From Alphaproteobacteria bacterium (lineage in GTDB: Bacteria; Pseudomonadota; Alphaproteobacteria; JANQMY01): a stretch of 64,000 nt of DNA. Below the pieces are notes generated by a model. The model saw only the letters and a program-made list of their open reading frames with translations, was not told the DNA's origin and searched no databases. Positions 9,835-18,963 of this stretch are shown piece by piece. The stretch spans positions 376,941-440,940 of the forward strand of contig OZ245840.1 of NCBI GenBank assembly GCA_965228775.1, given 5' to 3'. The stretch's first letter is position 1; every line of letters starts with the position of its first letter. The position numbers and the translations under genes were made by a program.

Positions 9835-11076
9835 TCAAGGGGCCCAATCTGCCCGTTTTTCCCCCGGAAGGCTTTGAAAATAGCCATCGAGGCCTTTCGT
9901 AATCGCCTTAGAGATCTCAGTGCGCCACTTACTCGATCCTAGGTTTTTCTCGTCATAAGTATTTGATAAATAACCAAGTTCCACCAAAACGGATGGTATA
10001 TCGGGTGCCTTCAGCACACGAAATCCGGCAAAACGATGGGTGTTCTTGATCAGACGAGTAACTTTCCCCAATTCCGGCATCAATTGGCGGGCAAACAATA
10101 CGGAATGGTTCATGGTTTCCCGCTGGGCCAAATCGATCAAGATGCTTGTTACGTCATCCGTTTCATTCTTTAGATCGACCCCAGCGATTAGATCGGCCCG
10201 GTTTTCTTTCCGGGCGAGCGCGGCTGCTTCCTTGTCGGAAGCGACCTCCGAAAGTGTGTAAACAGATGCTCCTCGAAGGCTGGACTTTTTTGGCAACGAG
10301 TCCGCATGGAGCGAAATAAACACGTCTGCTTCGGCCCTGCGAGCCACATCTACACGTTGCCTTAACTCAAGAAAAATGTCGCTATCCCGTGTTAAGACCA
10401 CCTTGTAGCGCCCTGTTTTTTCGAGCGTTTCCTTGAGTTTCTTCGCGGTCGCCAGCACAACAGCTTTTTCATATGTCCCGTTCTTGCCGATAGCGCCAGG
10501 ATCAACGCCACCATGGCCGGGATCTAGAACGACCACCTTCTTTTTCCGGTTCTTCCGCTTTGCGTCGCCGAAATCTGGTTTTTGGACCGGCTGTCCAACG
10601 GCCGCGGAGCGACGTTCCGGCCATCCAGCTATTTTGGCAAAGGTCGCCGTATCTGTCGGCACGAGATCAACGACCAATCGATAAGCTTTTCCACCTTCAG
10701 GCGCCAAAACATGGGCTCGATCCACCTGAACCGGCCCCTCCATATCCAGCACAATGCGTGAATTGCCTGGCTTAAACAGCCCATAGCGGTAACCGCTGAT
10801 CTGCCCTTTACCGAGAAGCTCCTGGCCCGGCTCCAGATCCCAGCTGACCTCTGGCAAATCAATGACAACCCGATACGGATCAGGCAGCAAAAATACAGTA
10901 AAATCAATAGATTGCGTCAGCTCTATGACAAAGCGCGTGGCTTTGGAATGAGCCCCCAGGCGGACATCGACGACCTCTGCTGTCGGCTCGGCCGAGAGCC
11001 TGGGCAAACCACCGAAAAGGAGCAAAGACGCCGCCATCGCGACACAGAAAAACGCGTTGAGAACAGTACGGATCAT
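9835..11076 (-). CDS. amiC: N-acetylmuramoyl-L-alanine amidase with an N-terminal AMIN domain (AmiC-like)
   Basis: 413 aa. A signal peptide is followed by an AMIN-like region (VRLGAHSKATRFVIELT...YRVVIDLPEV). The Amidase_3 domain follows (VVLDPGHGGVDPGAIG..., SLHADS, ...VLVELGYLSN). Confidence 0.9.
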   Translation of the reverse strand: MIRTVLNAFFCVAMAASLLLFGGLPRLSAEPTAEVVDVRLGAHSKATRFVIELTQSIDFTVFLLPDPYRVVIDLPEVSWDLEPGQELLGKGQISGYRYGLFKPGNSRIVLDMEGPVQVDRAHVLAPEGGKAYRLVVDLVPTDTATFAKIAGWPERRSAAVGQPVQKPDFGDAKRKNRKKKVVVLDPGHGGVDPGAIGKNGTYEKAVVLATAKKLKETLEKTGRYKVVLTRDSDIFLELRQRVDVARRAEADVFISLHADSLPKKSSLRGASVYTLSEVASDKEAAALARKENRADLIAGVDLKNETDDVTSILIDLAQRETMNHSVLFARQLMPELGKVTRLIKNTHRFAGFRVLKAPDIPSVLVELGYLSNTYDEKNLGSSKWRTEISKAITKGLDGYFQSLPGEKRADWAP

Positions 11077-11846
11077 CGGACCTGATGAAGTAAAAATGGC
11101 GGCGATCCCTTGGTGTGATGGAAAAAGTTTACCATTTGGTTACCAATGCCCGCCCGATCCATTTAATCGGGTTTTAATCAAATTCGATCCATCGTCTATA
11201 GCATGAGCTTCGGGCGGCCATTTACAAGAATTGCTGATTGGCCTCTAACAATCATTCAAAACGTGATTGTGCCGTAACGGTCGCTCAGCATATCATGCAG
11301 TTGGTCGAGTCGAGAGATCGTTCTTGACCTCCACCAGAGCGCATCATTTAACTGCAAAACTAATGCGTTACTGGAAAAGAGAATTTTTGGGTTTCAGGTA
11401 TCTGCCCATCGGTGATTTTTCAAACATCGATTGACGTTTACATCTTTAGTAGACAGGACAGCGCGAAATCCGGAAAATGCCAGGCTTAGGCTGCCCTCTA
11501 GTCAGGGCGCTGTGGCAGGGCGCGCTTCAATATCGGAGCGCTGGCCAATTCTGGCCGACTGACCTGAAAAGCCAATCAGACGGATTGGCACCGAACGTTT
11601 TTATGATTGACCTTACGAGTCTAAGCACATCAAACAATTTTGCTGCCCCCTGGCAATTGCCGCAGCATGTTTGGTCTTCGGGGAAGCTGAACGACGCAGT
11701 TGCGTCGACCACTTTCATTTCCCGGCTGGACTCCCACACAACCGGCACGACCCTGACGCGCCTCGCCGCGTTTTCGCTTGAACGGCTGAGACGCCCTTCG
11801 CGCGCCGCACGGCCGTGCCTTGGAGAATTTTTTAATGGGAAACAAA

Positions 11847-14690
11847 ATGCTAATCGATGCGGCCCACCCGGAAGAAACCCGGGTGGTCGTATGTCATGGG
11901 AACCGCGTAGAGGAGTTTGATTTCGAATCTGCCGCGAAACAACAACTTCGCGGGAACATTTATCTGGCCAAAGTTACGCGGGTAGAGCCTTCGCTCCAGG
12001 CCGCATTCGTCGATTACGGTGGTAATCGGCATGGGTTCCTGGCCTTCAACGAAATCCATCCTGACTATTACCAAATTCCTGTCTCTGACAGAGAAGCCCT
12101 GATTGCGGAGCAACAGGAAGAAACAAGCCGTGCCGCGGAGCAGGATGAACTCGACGATCCCCATATGGCCGACGACGACGAGGAATATGTCGATCAAGCT
12201 GTGGAGGAAGATGAGGACGTATCCTCCCCTGACGACGAAGACGATATCGACGATCAAGATGAGGCGGACGAGATCAGGGCCGAGGAAGACTCTGAAGAGC
12301 CTATAGAAGCCTCAGAAGATGACGACCGAGCCGAAAGTATAGAACTGTCGGCTGAGGCCTCAGAAGAGACCGACGAAAATGAGGCGACGGAAGAAGTCGA
12401 AGACACTACTGCGGAAGTTTCGGCAGCTGACGATGCATCTCCGGCCGATGACACTGATGACATCGAGGCTGTTACCTCAAGTGACGAAGAAACAGAAGAA
12501 GATGGCGATGAGCCGGTTATTCGCGCTACGGAGGAAACCGGTCTCGATGTAGAGGCTAAGGTAAGCGATGAAATCGCGACCGAAGAAACTGAAACAGACG
12601 AAGACCAAAAAACCGAAGCGAAAAGCGGCAAAAGAGAGCGTAAGTCTTCCAATCGCCGCAGCGGTCGTCCCCGCCGCCGCCCTTACAAAATTCAGGAAGT
12701 CATAAAGCGCCGGCAAATTCTGCTGGTTCAAGTGGTCAAAGAAGAACGCGGCAATAAAGGCGCAGCGCTTACAACCTATCTCTCGCTCGCAGGCCGTTAT
12801 TGCGTGTTAATGCCGAACACGGCTCGCGGCGGCGGCATTTCCCGAAAGATCACAAATGCCCGAGACCGCAAGCGCCTGAAAGGGATTGCAAACGAGTTGG
12901 AGATCCCGCAAGGCATGGGTCTCATTATCCGGACCGCCGGAGCCAATCGCACCAAGTCGGAAATCCGTCGTGACTTCGATTATCTTATGCGTCTTTGGGA
13001 AAACGTCCGTGATCTGACATTAGAATCGACGGCCCCTACTCTCGTCCATGAGGAAGGCAGTCTGGTCAAAAGATCTATTCGAGACTTGTACTCGAAGGAA
13101 ATTGAGTCCGTCCTCGTTGAAGGGGAAAACGGATATAAGGACGCCAAGGGCTTTATGCGCATGCTCATGCCGAGCCATGCCAAAAACGTCAAAAGGTACA
13201 AGGATCGCATTCCGCTCTTCCAACGCTACAAGGTTGAGCAGCAATTGGATTCCATGTTCAGCCCAACGGTGGAACTGCCATCGGGTGGATACATCGTTAT
13301 CAACCCAACGGAAGCGCTTGTTTCGATCGACGTGAACTCAGGCAGAGCCACACGCGAGCACAATATCGAAGACACGGCCCTTAAAACCAATCTGGAAGCC
13401 GCCGAAGAAGTCTCCCGTCAACTGCGCCTGCGCGATATGGCAGGCCTTATCGTGATTGACTTCATTGATATGGAGGACAATCGCAACAACCGGGCGGTTG
13501 AAAAGAAACTGAAAGAGTGCCTGAGAACCGATCGAGCGCGCATCCAGGTCGGTCGCATCAGCATGTTCGGCCTTCTTGAAATGTCACGGCAACGTATGCG
13601 GTCGGGCGTTCTCGAAGGCAGCACGACCATGTGCCCGCACTGCGAAGGAACGGGTCTTATTCGTTCCACGGAATCGACCGCGCTCTATGTTCTGCGTGCA
13701 ATCGAGGAAGAGTGCCTGAAGAAAACACCTTCTTCACTCAACATAAAAGTTCCGTATGCGGTCGCAAATTACATCGTGAACCAGAAACGCGAAGACCTCT
13801 TGGCGATAGAAGAACGATACGGCGTTTCTTGTTTCATCGAAGGCGACAGTTCTTTGTCAGGAACAGAGTACAATATTGAGCGCGATAGCTCCCGGCCTGT
13901 TTCCGCAAAACGCCTCAACGGCCGCGATGCGCCCCTCATTGAGGACGACGCTGAAGACGTTGCCCCCGAAGAAGAAAATATTGAAGCTTCCGAGGAGGAT
14001 GACGAAACAGAACGCGGCGGCAAGAAACGGCGGCGGAGGCGGCGTCGGCGCGGACGCAAGGATGGCGACCGGACGGAAGAAACGGCCGAAGCAACAAACG
14101 CCGATAATGACCAAAGCGAAGAAGTATCTGCGGAAGGCTCTGGCGAAGAAGAAGATGAGGACCGCCCCCGCAAGCGGCGCCGGCGTGGGAAGCGAGGCGG
14201 CAGGCGGAACCGCTCCCGCAATAAGGATCAAGAGTCCGTCGAAGCAACCTCCGACGACCAGCCCGCTGACGAGACATCTGACGGGGACGATACATCAGTG
14301 GTCAACATTCCGATCACCACACCCGCTGATTTCTCATTTTACGGTCAGGCAGACGATTCGGACCTGGATGAAGAAAGCAACTCCGCTGCGCCAGAAGCCA
14401 ACGGACACGACACGTCGTCCGATGACCAACCAAACCTATCGGCAACTGATGACACCGGTGAGCCCGAAGTGATTTCGGAAGACCATTCGTCAGACGAAAC
14501 AGACGAGACCAGCCCTGTTGAAGCGCCCTCAACTCAGGTTTCGGAGCCGGAAGCGGAACCAGTTACGCCGGTAGCAGCAGAGGCGGCTGACGACAACAGC
14601 GAAGAAGACAGCCCAGAGATTGAACCCGAGATCCAGCCTGAACAGGAAAACAAACCACGGCGGCGCGGCTGGTGGCAGCGGCGGGTTTGA
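11847..14690 (+). CDS. rne: ribonuclease E
   Basis: The track ORF starts at TTG 11820. ATG 11847 gives the conserved N-terminus MLIDAAHPEETRVVV. The S1 domain (GNIYLAKVTRVEPSLQAAFVDYGGNRHGFL) is interrupted by an acidic insertion of about 200 aa. After it come VVKEERGNKGAALTTYLSLAGRY, the DNase-I-like/Zn-link region (CPHCEGTG) and a long charge-patterned C-terminal tail. Confidence 0.95.
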   Translation: MLIDAAHPEETRVVVCHGNRVEEFDFESAAKQQLRGNIYLAKVTRVEPSLQAAFVDYGGNRHGFLAFNEIHPDYYQIPVSDREALIAEQQEETSRAAEQDELDDPHMADDDEEYVDQAVEEDEDVSSPDDEDDIDDQDEADEIRAEEDSEEPIEASEDDDRAESIELSAEASEETDENEATEEVEDTTAEVSAADDASPADDTDDIEAVTSSDEETEEDGDEPVIRATEETGLDVEAKVSDEIATEETETDEDQKTEAKSGKRERKSSNRRSGRPRRRPYKIQEVIKRRQILLVQVVKEERGNKGAALTTYLSLAGRYCVLMPNTARGGGISRKITNARDRKRLKGIANELEIPQGMGLIIRTAGANRTKSEIRRDFDYLMRLWENVRDLTLESTAPTLVHEEGSLVKRSIRDLYSKEIESVLVEGENGYKDAKGFMRMLMPSHAKNVKRYKDRIPLFQRYKVEQQLDSMFSPTVELPSGGYIVINPTEALVSIDVNSGRATREHNIEDTALKTNLEAAEEVSRQLRLRDMAGLIVIDFIDMEDNRNNRAVEKKLKECLRTDRARIQVGRISMFGLLEMSRQRMRSGVLEGSTTMCPHCEGTGLIRSTESTALYVLRAIEEECLKKTPSSLNIKVPYAVANYIVNQKREDLLAIEERYGVSCFIEGDSSLSGTEYNIERDSSRPVSAKRLNGRDAPLIEDDAEDVAPEEENIEASEEDDETERGGKKRRRRRRRRGRKDGDRTEETAEATNADNDQSEEVSAEGSGEEEDEDRPRKRRRRGKRGGRRNRSRNKDQESVEATSDDQPADETSDGDDTSVVNIPITTPADFSFYGQADDSDLDEESNSAAPEANGHDTSSDDQPNLSATDDTGEPEVISEDHSSDETDETSPVEAPSTQVSEPEAEPVTPVAAEAADDNSEEDSPEIEPEIQPEQENKPRRRGWWQRRV

Positions 14691-14693
14691 TCC

Positions 14694-14713
14694 CGCCGCC
14701 TCCGGCGGTTTTA
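14694..14713. terminator. intrinsic terminator after rne, between convergent genes
   Basis: CCGCCGcctcCGGCGGtttt. A 6-bp GC stem is followed by a T-run, starting 4 nt after the rne stop. Confidence 0.6.
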
Positions 14714-14714
14714 C

Positions 14715-15857
14715 TTATTTGCTGAAATAGGTTTTCAGGCGCTTCGCCGCTTCGAGGGTTTCCTCCTGCGTACCACAGAATGAAATACGCAGGAATTGGT
14801 GACCGTTGACCGGGTCAAAGTCCGCGCCCGGCGCGAGTGCCACACCGGTGTCATTCAATATCTGTTGGCAGAACGCCATTGTGTCGTTCGTAAGATGCCT
14901 AACGTCCGCATACAAATAAAAAGCCCCGTCTGGTGGCGCGATGTTGGAAATACCCGCCCGTTTTAATTCACGCAGCAAAACGGACCGGTTCTCTGAATAT
15001 CGGGCCACGTTCGCATCGAGTTCGTCACGCGCATCAAACGCCGCAAGCGCCGCATTCTGGCTCAAGGCGCTTGGACAGATGAACAGGTTCTGCGACAGCC
15101 GCTCAAAGGCCCGCTCATAAGCTTCGGGAACGACAAGCCAGCCCACACGCCAACCGGTCATCGAAAAATACTTTGAGAAGCTGTTTACGACGATAACGTC
15201 GTCTGAGTACTCCAGCGCCGAATGGGCTGCCTCACCATAGGTGATGCCGTGATAGATCTCGTCCGAGATCACCGATACGCCATGGCCCAAACAGTAGTCG
15301 ATGAGATCGGCCAGTTCACTATCCCGCAGCATGGTCCCTGTCGGGTTGGCGGGGCTTGCGATGAGAAGCCCCTTCAAGTCCTCAATTTCTTTCAGGTGAT
15401 CAGGCGTTGGCTGAAATCGGCTTTCCGCATCCGTTGGAACTTCGTGGCGCTTTAGACCAAGCGAATCCAGGATGTTTCGGTAGGCTGGATATCCGGGGCT
15501 CCCGAGGGCAACCGTATCGCCGGCGTCAAACAGGGCAAGAAAAGCCATAATAAAGCCGCCCGACGCCCCCGCCGTGATCACAACGCGAGACGGGCTCAAA
15601 TCAATGCCGTAGGTCTCCCCATAATGGAGCGCGATACGTTCCCGAAGCGCGTCGGCACCAAGCCCAACAGTGTAGCCAAGAGCATCGGTATCTAAGGCCT
15701 TGTGGGCCGCCGCTAGCGCCGTTTTTGGCGCAGCTGTGCCAGGTTGCCCTACCTCAAGGTGAATGACGTCCTCGCCCGCGTCGGCCATTTCATTGGCCGC
15801 ACGCAGCATGTCCATCGCAATGAAAGACTTAATTTGGCTACGATTGGAAAGGGTCAA
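14715..15857 (-). CDS. pyridoxal-phosphate-dependent aminotransferase, class I/II (aspartate/aromatic aminotransferase-like)
   Basis: 380 aa. The PLP-lysine region is NSFSKYFSMTGWRVGW. The N-terminus GEDVIHLEVGQP is typical of the fold. Its TTG start overlaps the upstream stop (TTGA). Confidence 0.85.
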   Translation of the reverse strand: MTLSNRSQIKSFIAMDMLRAANEMADAGEDVIHLEVGQPGTAAPKTALAAAHKALDTDALGYTVGLGADALRERIALHYGETYGIDLSPSRVVITAGASGGFIMAFLALFDAGDTVALGSPGYPAYRNILDSLGLKRHEVPTDAESRFQPTPDHLKEIEDLKGLLIASPANPTGTMLRDSELADLIDYCLGHGVSVISDEIYHGITYGEAAHSALEYSDDVIVVNSFSKYFSMTGWRVGWLVVPEAYERAFERLSQNLFICPSALSQNAALAAFDARDELDANVARYSENRSVLLRELKRAGISNIAPPDGAFYLYADVRHLTNDTMAFCQQILNDTGVALAPGADFDPVNGHQFLRISFCGTQEETLEAAKRLKTYFSK

Positions 15858-17350
15858 AAGAAATCCAGTACGCCTGTGGAGGACTTGCCGCCTTGGACAG
15901 TCAGCCCATAAGCATGTGGGTCCGCACTGACTTCGCAGGAACGCGGCCGGTCAGGCCACCCATCGCTGCAATAGAATGCATTGACCGTGTCCGTTGGCGA
16001 CGATGGGATAGGCGCTATGACTTCGGACAATTCAGCCTTCCGCTTGGCGCCGAACCGGCTGGCCAAGTAGAATGCACTCTCTATTGCCTGTTTCCCGCCT
16101 GCTGCTGCTCCAGCGTAATAGATCGTCTCACCATCATCGCTGATCACCATGGTCGGCATCAAGAACGCTGCCGAAAGGCCCTCGGCCGACGTGGTCGGAG
16201 CGGGCGCCATTGCAAAGCCAGCCGTCTTCACCGAGCGCCCAAGCCCGAATGGCCCATTCATTGTGACAGAACAAGCCACCGCGTCTCCATCGGGCCCAAC
16301 GGCGATGAAACTGGTTGAGCCGAAATCGTCCGGCATCGCTTTGGAAACACCAAAGCCAGCGAGGGCTTTATCCAGTGCCGAACCAGCCGCCGACAATCCT
16401 TGCGCCGGCTCCAACTTGCCGGCTTCGTTGCCCGCAAGCTGCGGCAACACCTGCGATGCCAAGGTTCCGGCGCCGATACGGTCAGACGGCGCCAAAATAA
16501 CACGCCCATTCACCGACACGCGGGTCGGCTCTGCCGAAATAGCCCGGTAGTTTCTCAAATCTTCTTTGGTGAGCTTGCCCTTTGCACTTTTGTTCGACGC
16601 CACCAGATCCGTGCCCGGAGAACGCAAATAAAATCCTGAAGCGCCTTGGCTGCGGATCAGCGCCAGAGTACTCGCGAGCGCCACATGGCTGACCTGATCG
16701 CCCGAGCCTTTGATCAATGTGCTTGGCAGGACGTAGGCATCTGTCAGCAAAATATCAGCGCGAACCTTCTCGGCGTTGGCGGCCACCCGTTCCGCCAGAG
16801 CCCGCGTGATCGGAAACCCCTTGGCAGCAAGGACTTCTGCAGGTTCCAAAACCGTATCCCAGTCGGCATCGCCATACCGCGCATGAAGCAGCGCAAATCC
16901 GCGAACGGACCCTGGGACGGCGACAGCGCCCCCACCCGCCGGATTACGCGGCAAGAAATCTATGCTTTCGGAGATACCGGTCTCGGTATTGTGATAGAGG
17001 CAGACGCCACCGCCCCCAAGACCCGCGGCATTTGGATAGGTCACCGATAGTGCGAAATAGGTCGCGGCAGCTGCATCAGCCGCATTGCCCCCTCTGTCAA
17101 GCACCTGTTTACCGGCGAGCGCTGCCCTTGGCTCATCTGCCGAAACAACCCCCTTGGCGCCTTTAAGCAGCTTTTGCGCCCCTTGTGTTGCCGGCGCACT
17201 GGCCAAAACAGCCAGGTTTGGAGCCTCTACACTCGGCTGCGGAGACAAAGGCGCTGCAATTGCCTGCGCAAAGCCCATCAATCCCATCGCGCAAGTGGAC
17301 AGGAAAAACCCTTGGATCAAATTTTTCTTCTTATTGTGGCCAGATTTCAT
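15854..17350 (-). CDS. gamma-glutamyltransferase-family protein, secreted or possibly a lipoprotein
   Basis: 498 aa. Signal peptide. The GGT N-terminal region is ADEPRAALAGKQVLDRGGNAADAAAATYFALSVTYPNAAGLGGGG. A candidate autoprocessing Thr lies in DDFGSTSFIAVGPDGDAVACSVTMNGPFG, compared with TTHYSVVD in E. coli GGT. Confidence 0.75.
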   Translation of the reverse strand: MKSGHNKKKNLIQGFFLSTCAMGLMGFAQAIAAPLSPQPSVEAPNLAVLASAPATQGAQKLLKGAKGVVSADEPRAALAGKQVLDRGGNAADAAAATYFALSVTYPNAAGLGGGGVCLYHNTETGISESIDFLPRNPAGGGAVAVPGSVRGFALLHARYGDADWDTVLEPAEVLAAKGFPITRALAERVAANAEKVRADILLTDAYVLPSTLIKGSGDQVSHVALASTLALIRSQGASGFYLRSPGTDLVASNKSAKGKLTKEDLRNYRAISAEPTRVSVNGRVILAPSDRIGAGTLASQVLPQLAGNEAGKLEPAQGLSAAGSALDKALAGFGVSKAMPDDFGSTSFIAVGPDGDAVACSVTMNGPFGLGRSVKTAGFAMAPAPTTSAEGLSAAFLMPTMVISDDGETIYYAGAAAGGKQAIESAFYLASRFGAKRKAELSEVIAPIPSSPTDTVNAFYCSDGWPDRPRSCEVSADPHAYGLTVQGGKSSTGVLDFF

Positions 17351-17559
17351 CGATACTGCCTTACCATACGATTTCGTGAGGTCCTGATTCAGTACATTGA
17401 CGGCATAGGAGTCCAGTCATACCGTGCATGGACATAGCCAATATTGGGGCCCCTAATCAAGCGAGGCCCGCCAAGACCGCCCATTCGCTTAATATTTACC
17501 AAAATTGGGCGTTTTGGAGGCAGACGAACTGATCAAGAAAGAACGTTAGTTTGGGTATT

Positions 17560-18918
17560 ATGGCAGCTTTTTTTCGCAAGACATTGGCTTTGGCTATGTC
17601 CGCTGTGGTGGCAACGGCCGCAACATTGAGTTCCGCATCGGCGCAATCCTTGATTCGCGACGCGGAAATCGAAGAAACGATCCGGATCTACTCCGAGCCC
17701 ATTTTCGCCGCCGCGGGCCTCGTCCCTAGCCATGTGGAGACCTACATCATCAATGATCCAACGCTGAACGCCTTCGTAGCGGGCGGCCAGCGTGTCTTCA
17801 TCCATACCGGACTGATCACCGAACTAGATACGCCGGCGCAGCTCATCGGCGTGATCGCCCACGAAACCGGCCATATCTCAGGCGGCCATCTCTCGCGCAC
17901 TCAGGAAGCGCTCGCAGGCGCCACCCTGCCAATCATCATCGGCACCCTATTAGGGGCGGCCGCTATCGCGGCAGGATCGCCGGATGCCGGCATCGCAGGT
18001 ATTCAGCTTGGGCAACATGTGGCGCAGCGATCTGTACTGGCCTACTCGCGGACGCAGGAATCTGCAGCCGACCAAGCTGCCGTGAAATTTCTCGATGCCA
18101 CCGGCCAAACATCACGCGGCTTGCTGGAAACTTTTGATCGCTTCAGCGACCAAGAAGTGCTTTCCGGCCGCAATCAAGACCCTTATGTACGGTCGCACCC
18201 TCTGTCCCGCGAACGTATTGGAGCATTGCAAAATCTTGTCAATGCCTCCCCATACACGGACGTACCGGACAAGCAGGATCACATTACCCGATACAACATG
18301 ATGAAAGCCAAGATCATTGGCTTTCTTGGCAAGCCGCAAAGCACCTTCCGGCGCTATCCAGAATCCGATCAAAGCCTGCATGCAAGATATGCGCGGGCGC
18401 TTGCCTACTATCGGATTCCGGAAATGGACAAAGCACTGAGCGCGATCGATGAATTGCTGGCGGAGCAGCCGAACAACCCCTATTTCCATGAATTAAAAGG
18501 CCAGGTCCTCCTCGAATTCGGCAGGCCCGCCGACGCCATTCCATTCTACCGGGAATCCGTCAAGCTGGCCCCACATCAGCCACTTCTGCGTGTTGGCCTC
18601 GCCCAAGCCATCATCGCTACGGATAATCCGGACACCAACAAAGAGGCGATGGAGCAACTCCTTCAGTCTTTGCGGGATGAACCCGAAAACACATTTGCAT
18701 GGCACAACCTAGCCATTGCCTACCATCGCGATGGACAGCAAGGCATGGCCGACTACGCAACGGCAGAAAGGCACTACCGGGCACACAATCTTGGACAGGC
18801 ACAAATTCACGCCCAGCGCGCCATTAAGGTTCTGGCTAAAGGGTCGCCTGCCTGGAATCGGACCTTGGACATTCAACAGTCCATTCAACAGTCACAAAAG
18901 AAGAGAAAGCGCGGTTAA
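17560..18918 (+). CDS. periplasmic M48-family zinc metalloprotease with C-terminal TPR repeats (BepA/YfgC-like)
   Basis: Signal peptide. The HExxH motif is in VIAHETGHISGGH. The C-terminal half has TPR-like repeats (ARALAYYRIPEMDKALSAIDELL..., WHNLAIAYHRDGQ...). Track start is 17551 (TTG); ATG 17560 is preferred. Confidence 0.85.
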   Translation: MAAFFRKTLALAMSAVVATAATLSSASAQSLIRDAEIEETIRIYSEPIFAAAGLVPSHVETYIINDPTLNAFVAGGQRVFIHTGLITELDTPAQLIGVIAHETGHISGGHLSRTQEALAGATLPIIIGTLLGAAAIAAGSPDAGIAGIQLGQHVAQRSVLAYSRTQESAADQAAVKFLDATGQTSRGLLETFDRFSDQEVLSGRNQDPYVRSHPLSRERIGALQNLVNASPYTDVPDKQDHITRYNMMKAKIIGFLGKPQSTFRRYPESDQSLHARYARALAYYRIPEMDKALSAIDELLAEQPNNPYFHELKGQVLLEFGRPADAIPFYRESVKLAPHQPLLRVGLAQAIIATDNPDTNKEAMEQLLQSLRDEPENTFAWHNLAIAYHRDGQQGMADYATAERHYRAHNLGQAQIHAQRAIKVLAKGSPAWNRTLDIQQSIQQSQKKRKRG

Positions 18919-18963
18919 ACCGAAGCTTCTCATTCACTAAAGAAAACAAATAAGGACTTTCAA

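Noticed and set aside
11152-11177. Hairpin followed by TTTT (CCCGATccatttaATCGGGtttt), resembling a plus-strand terminator
   Set aside because: No plus-strand gene lies upstream; amiC starts at 11076 on the other strand. It is noted only as the context of the CtrA-like site.
11477-11920. 147-aa plus-strand ORF in the rne leader that overlaps the rne start
   Set aside because: It is out of frame with rne and low in complexity, with no motif. It is more likely structured 5' UTR.
13990-14230. Repetitive CGG/AGG/GAA-rich DNA that could be mistaken for a tandem repeat or CRISPR-like array
   Set aside because: It is in frame within rne and encodes the poly-Arg and acidic blocks. There is no repeat-spacer periodicity.
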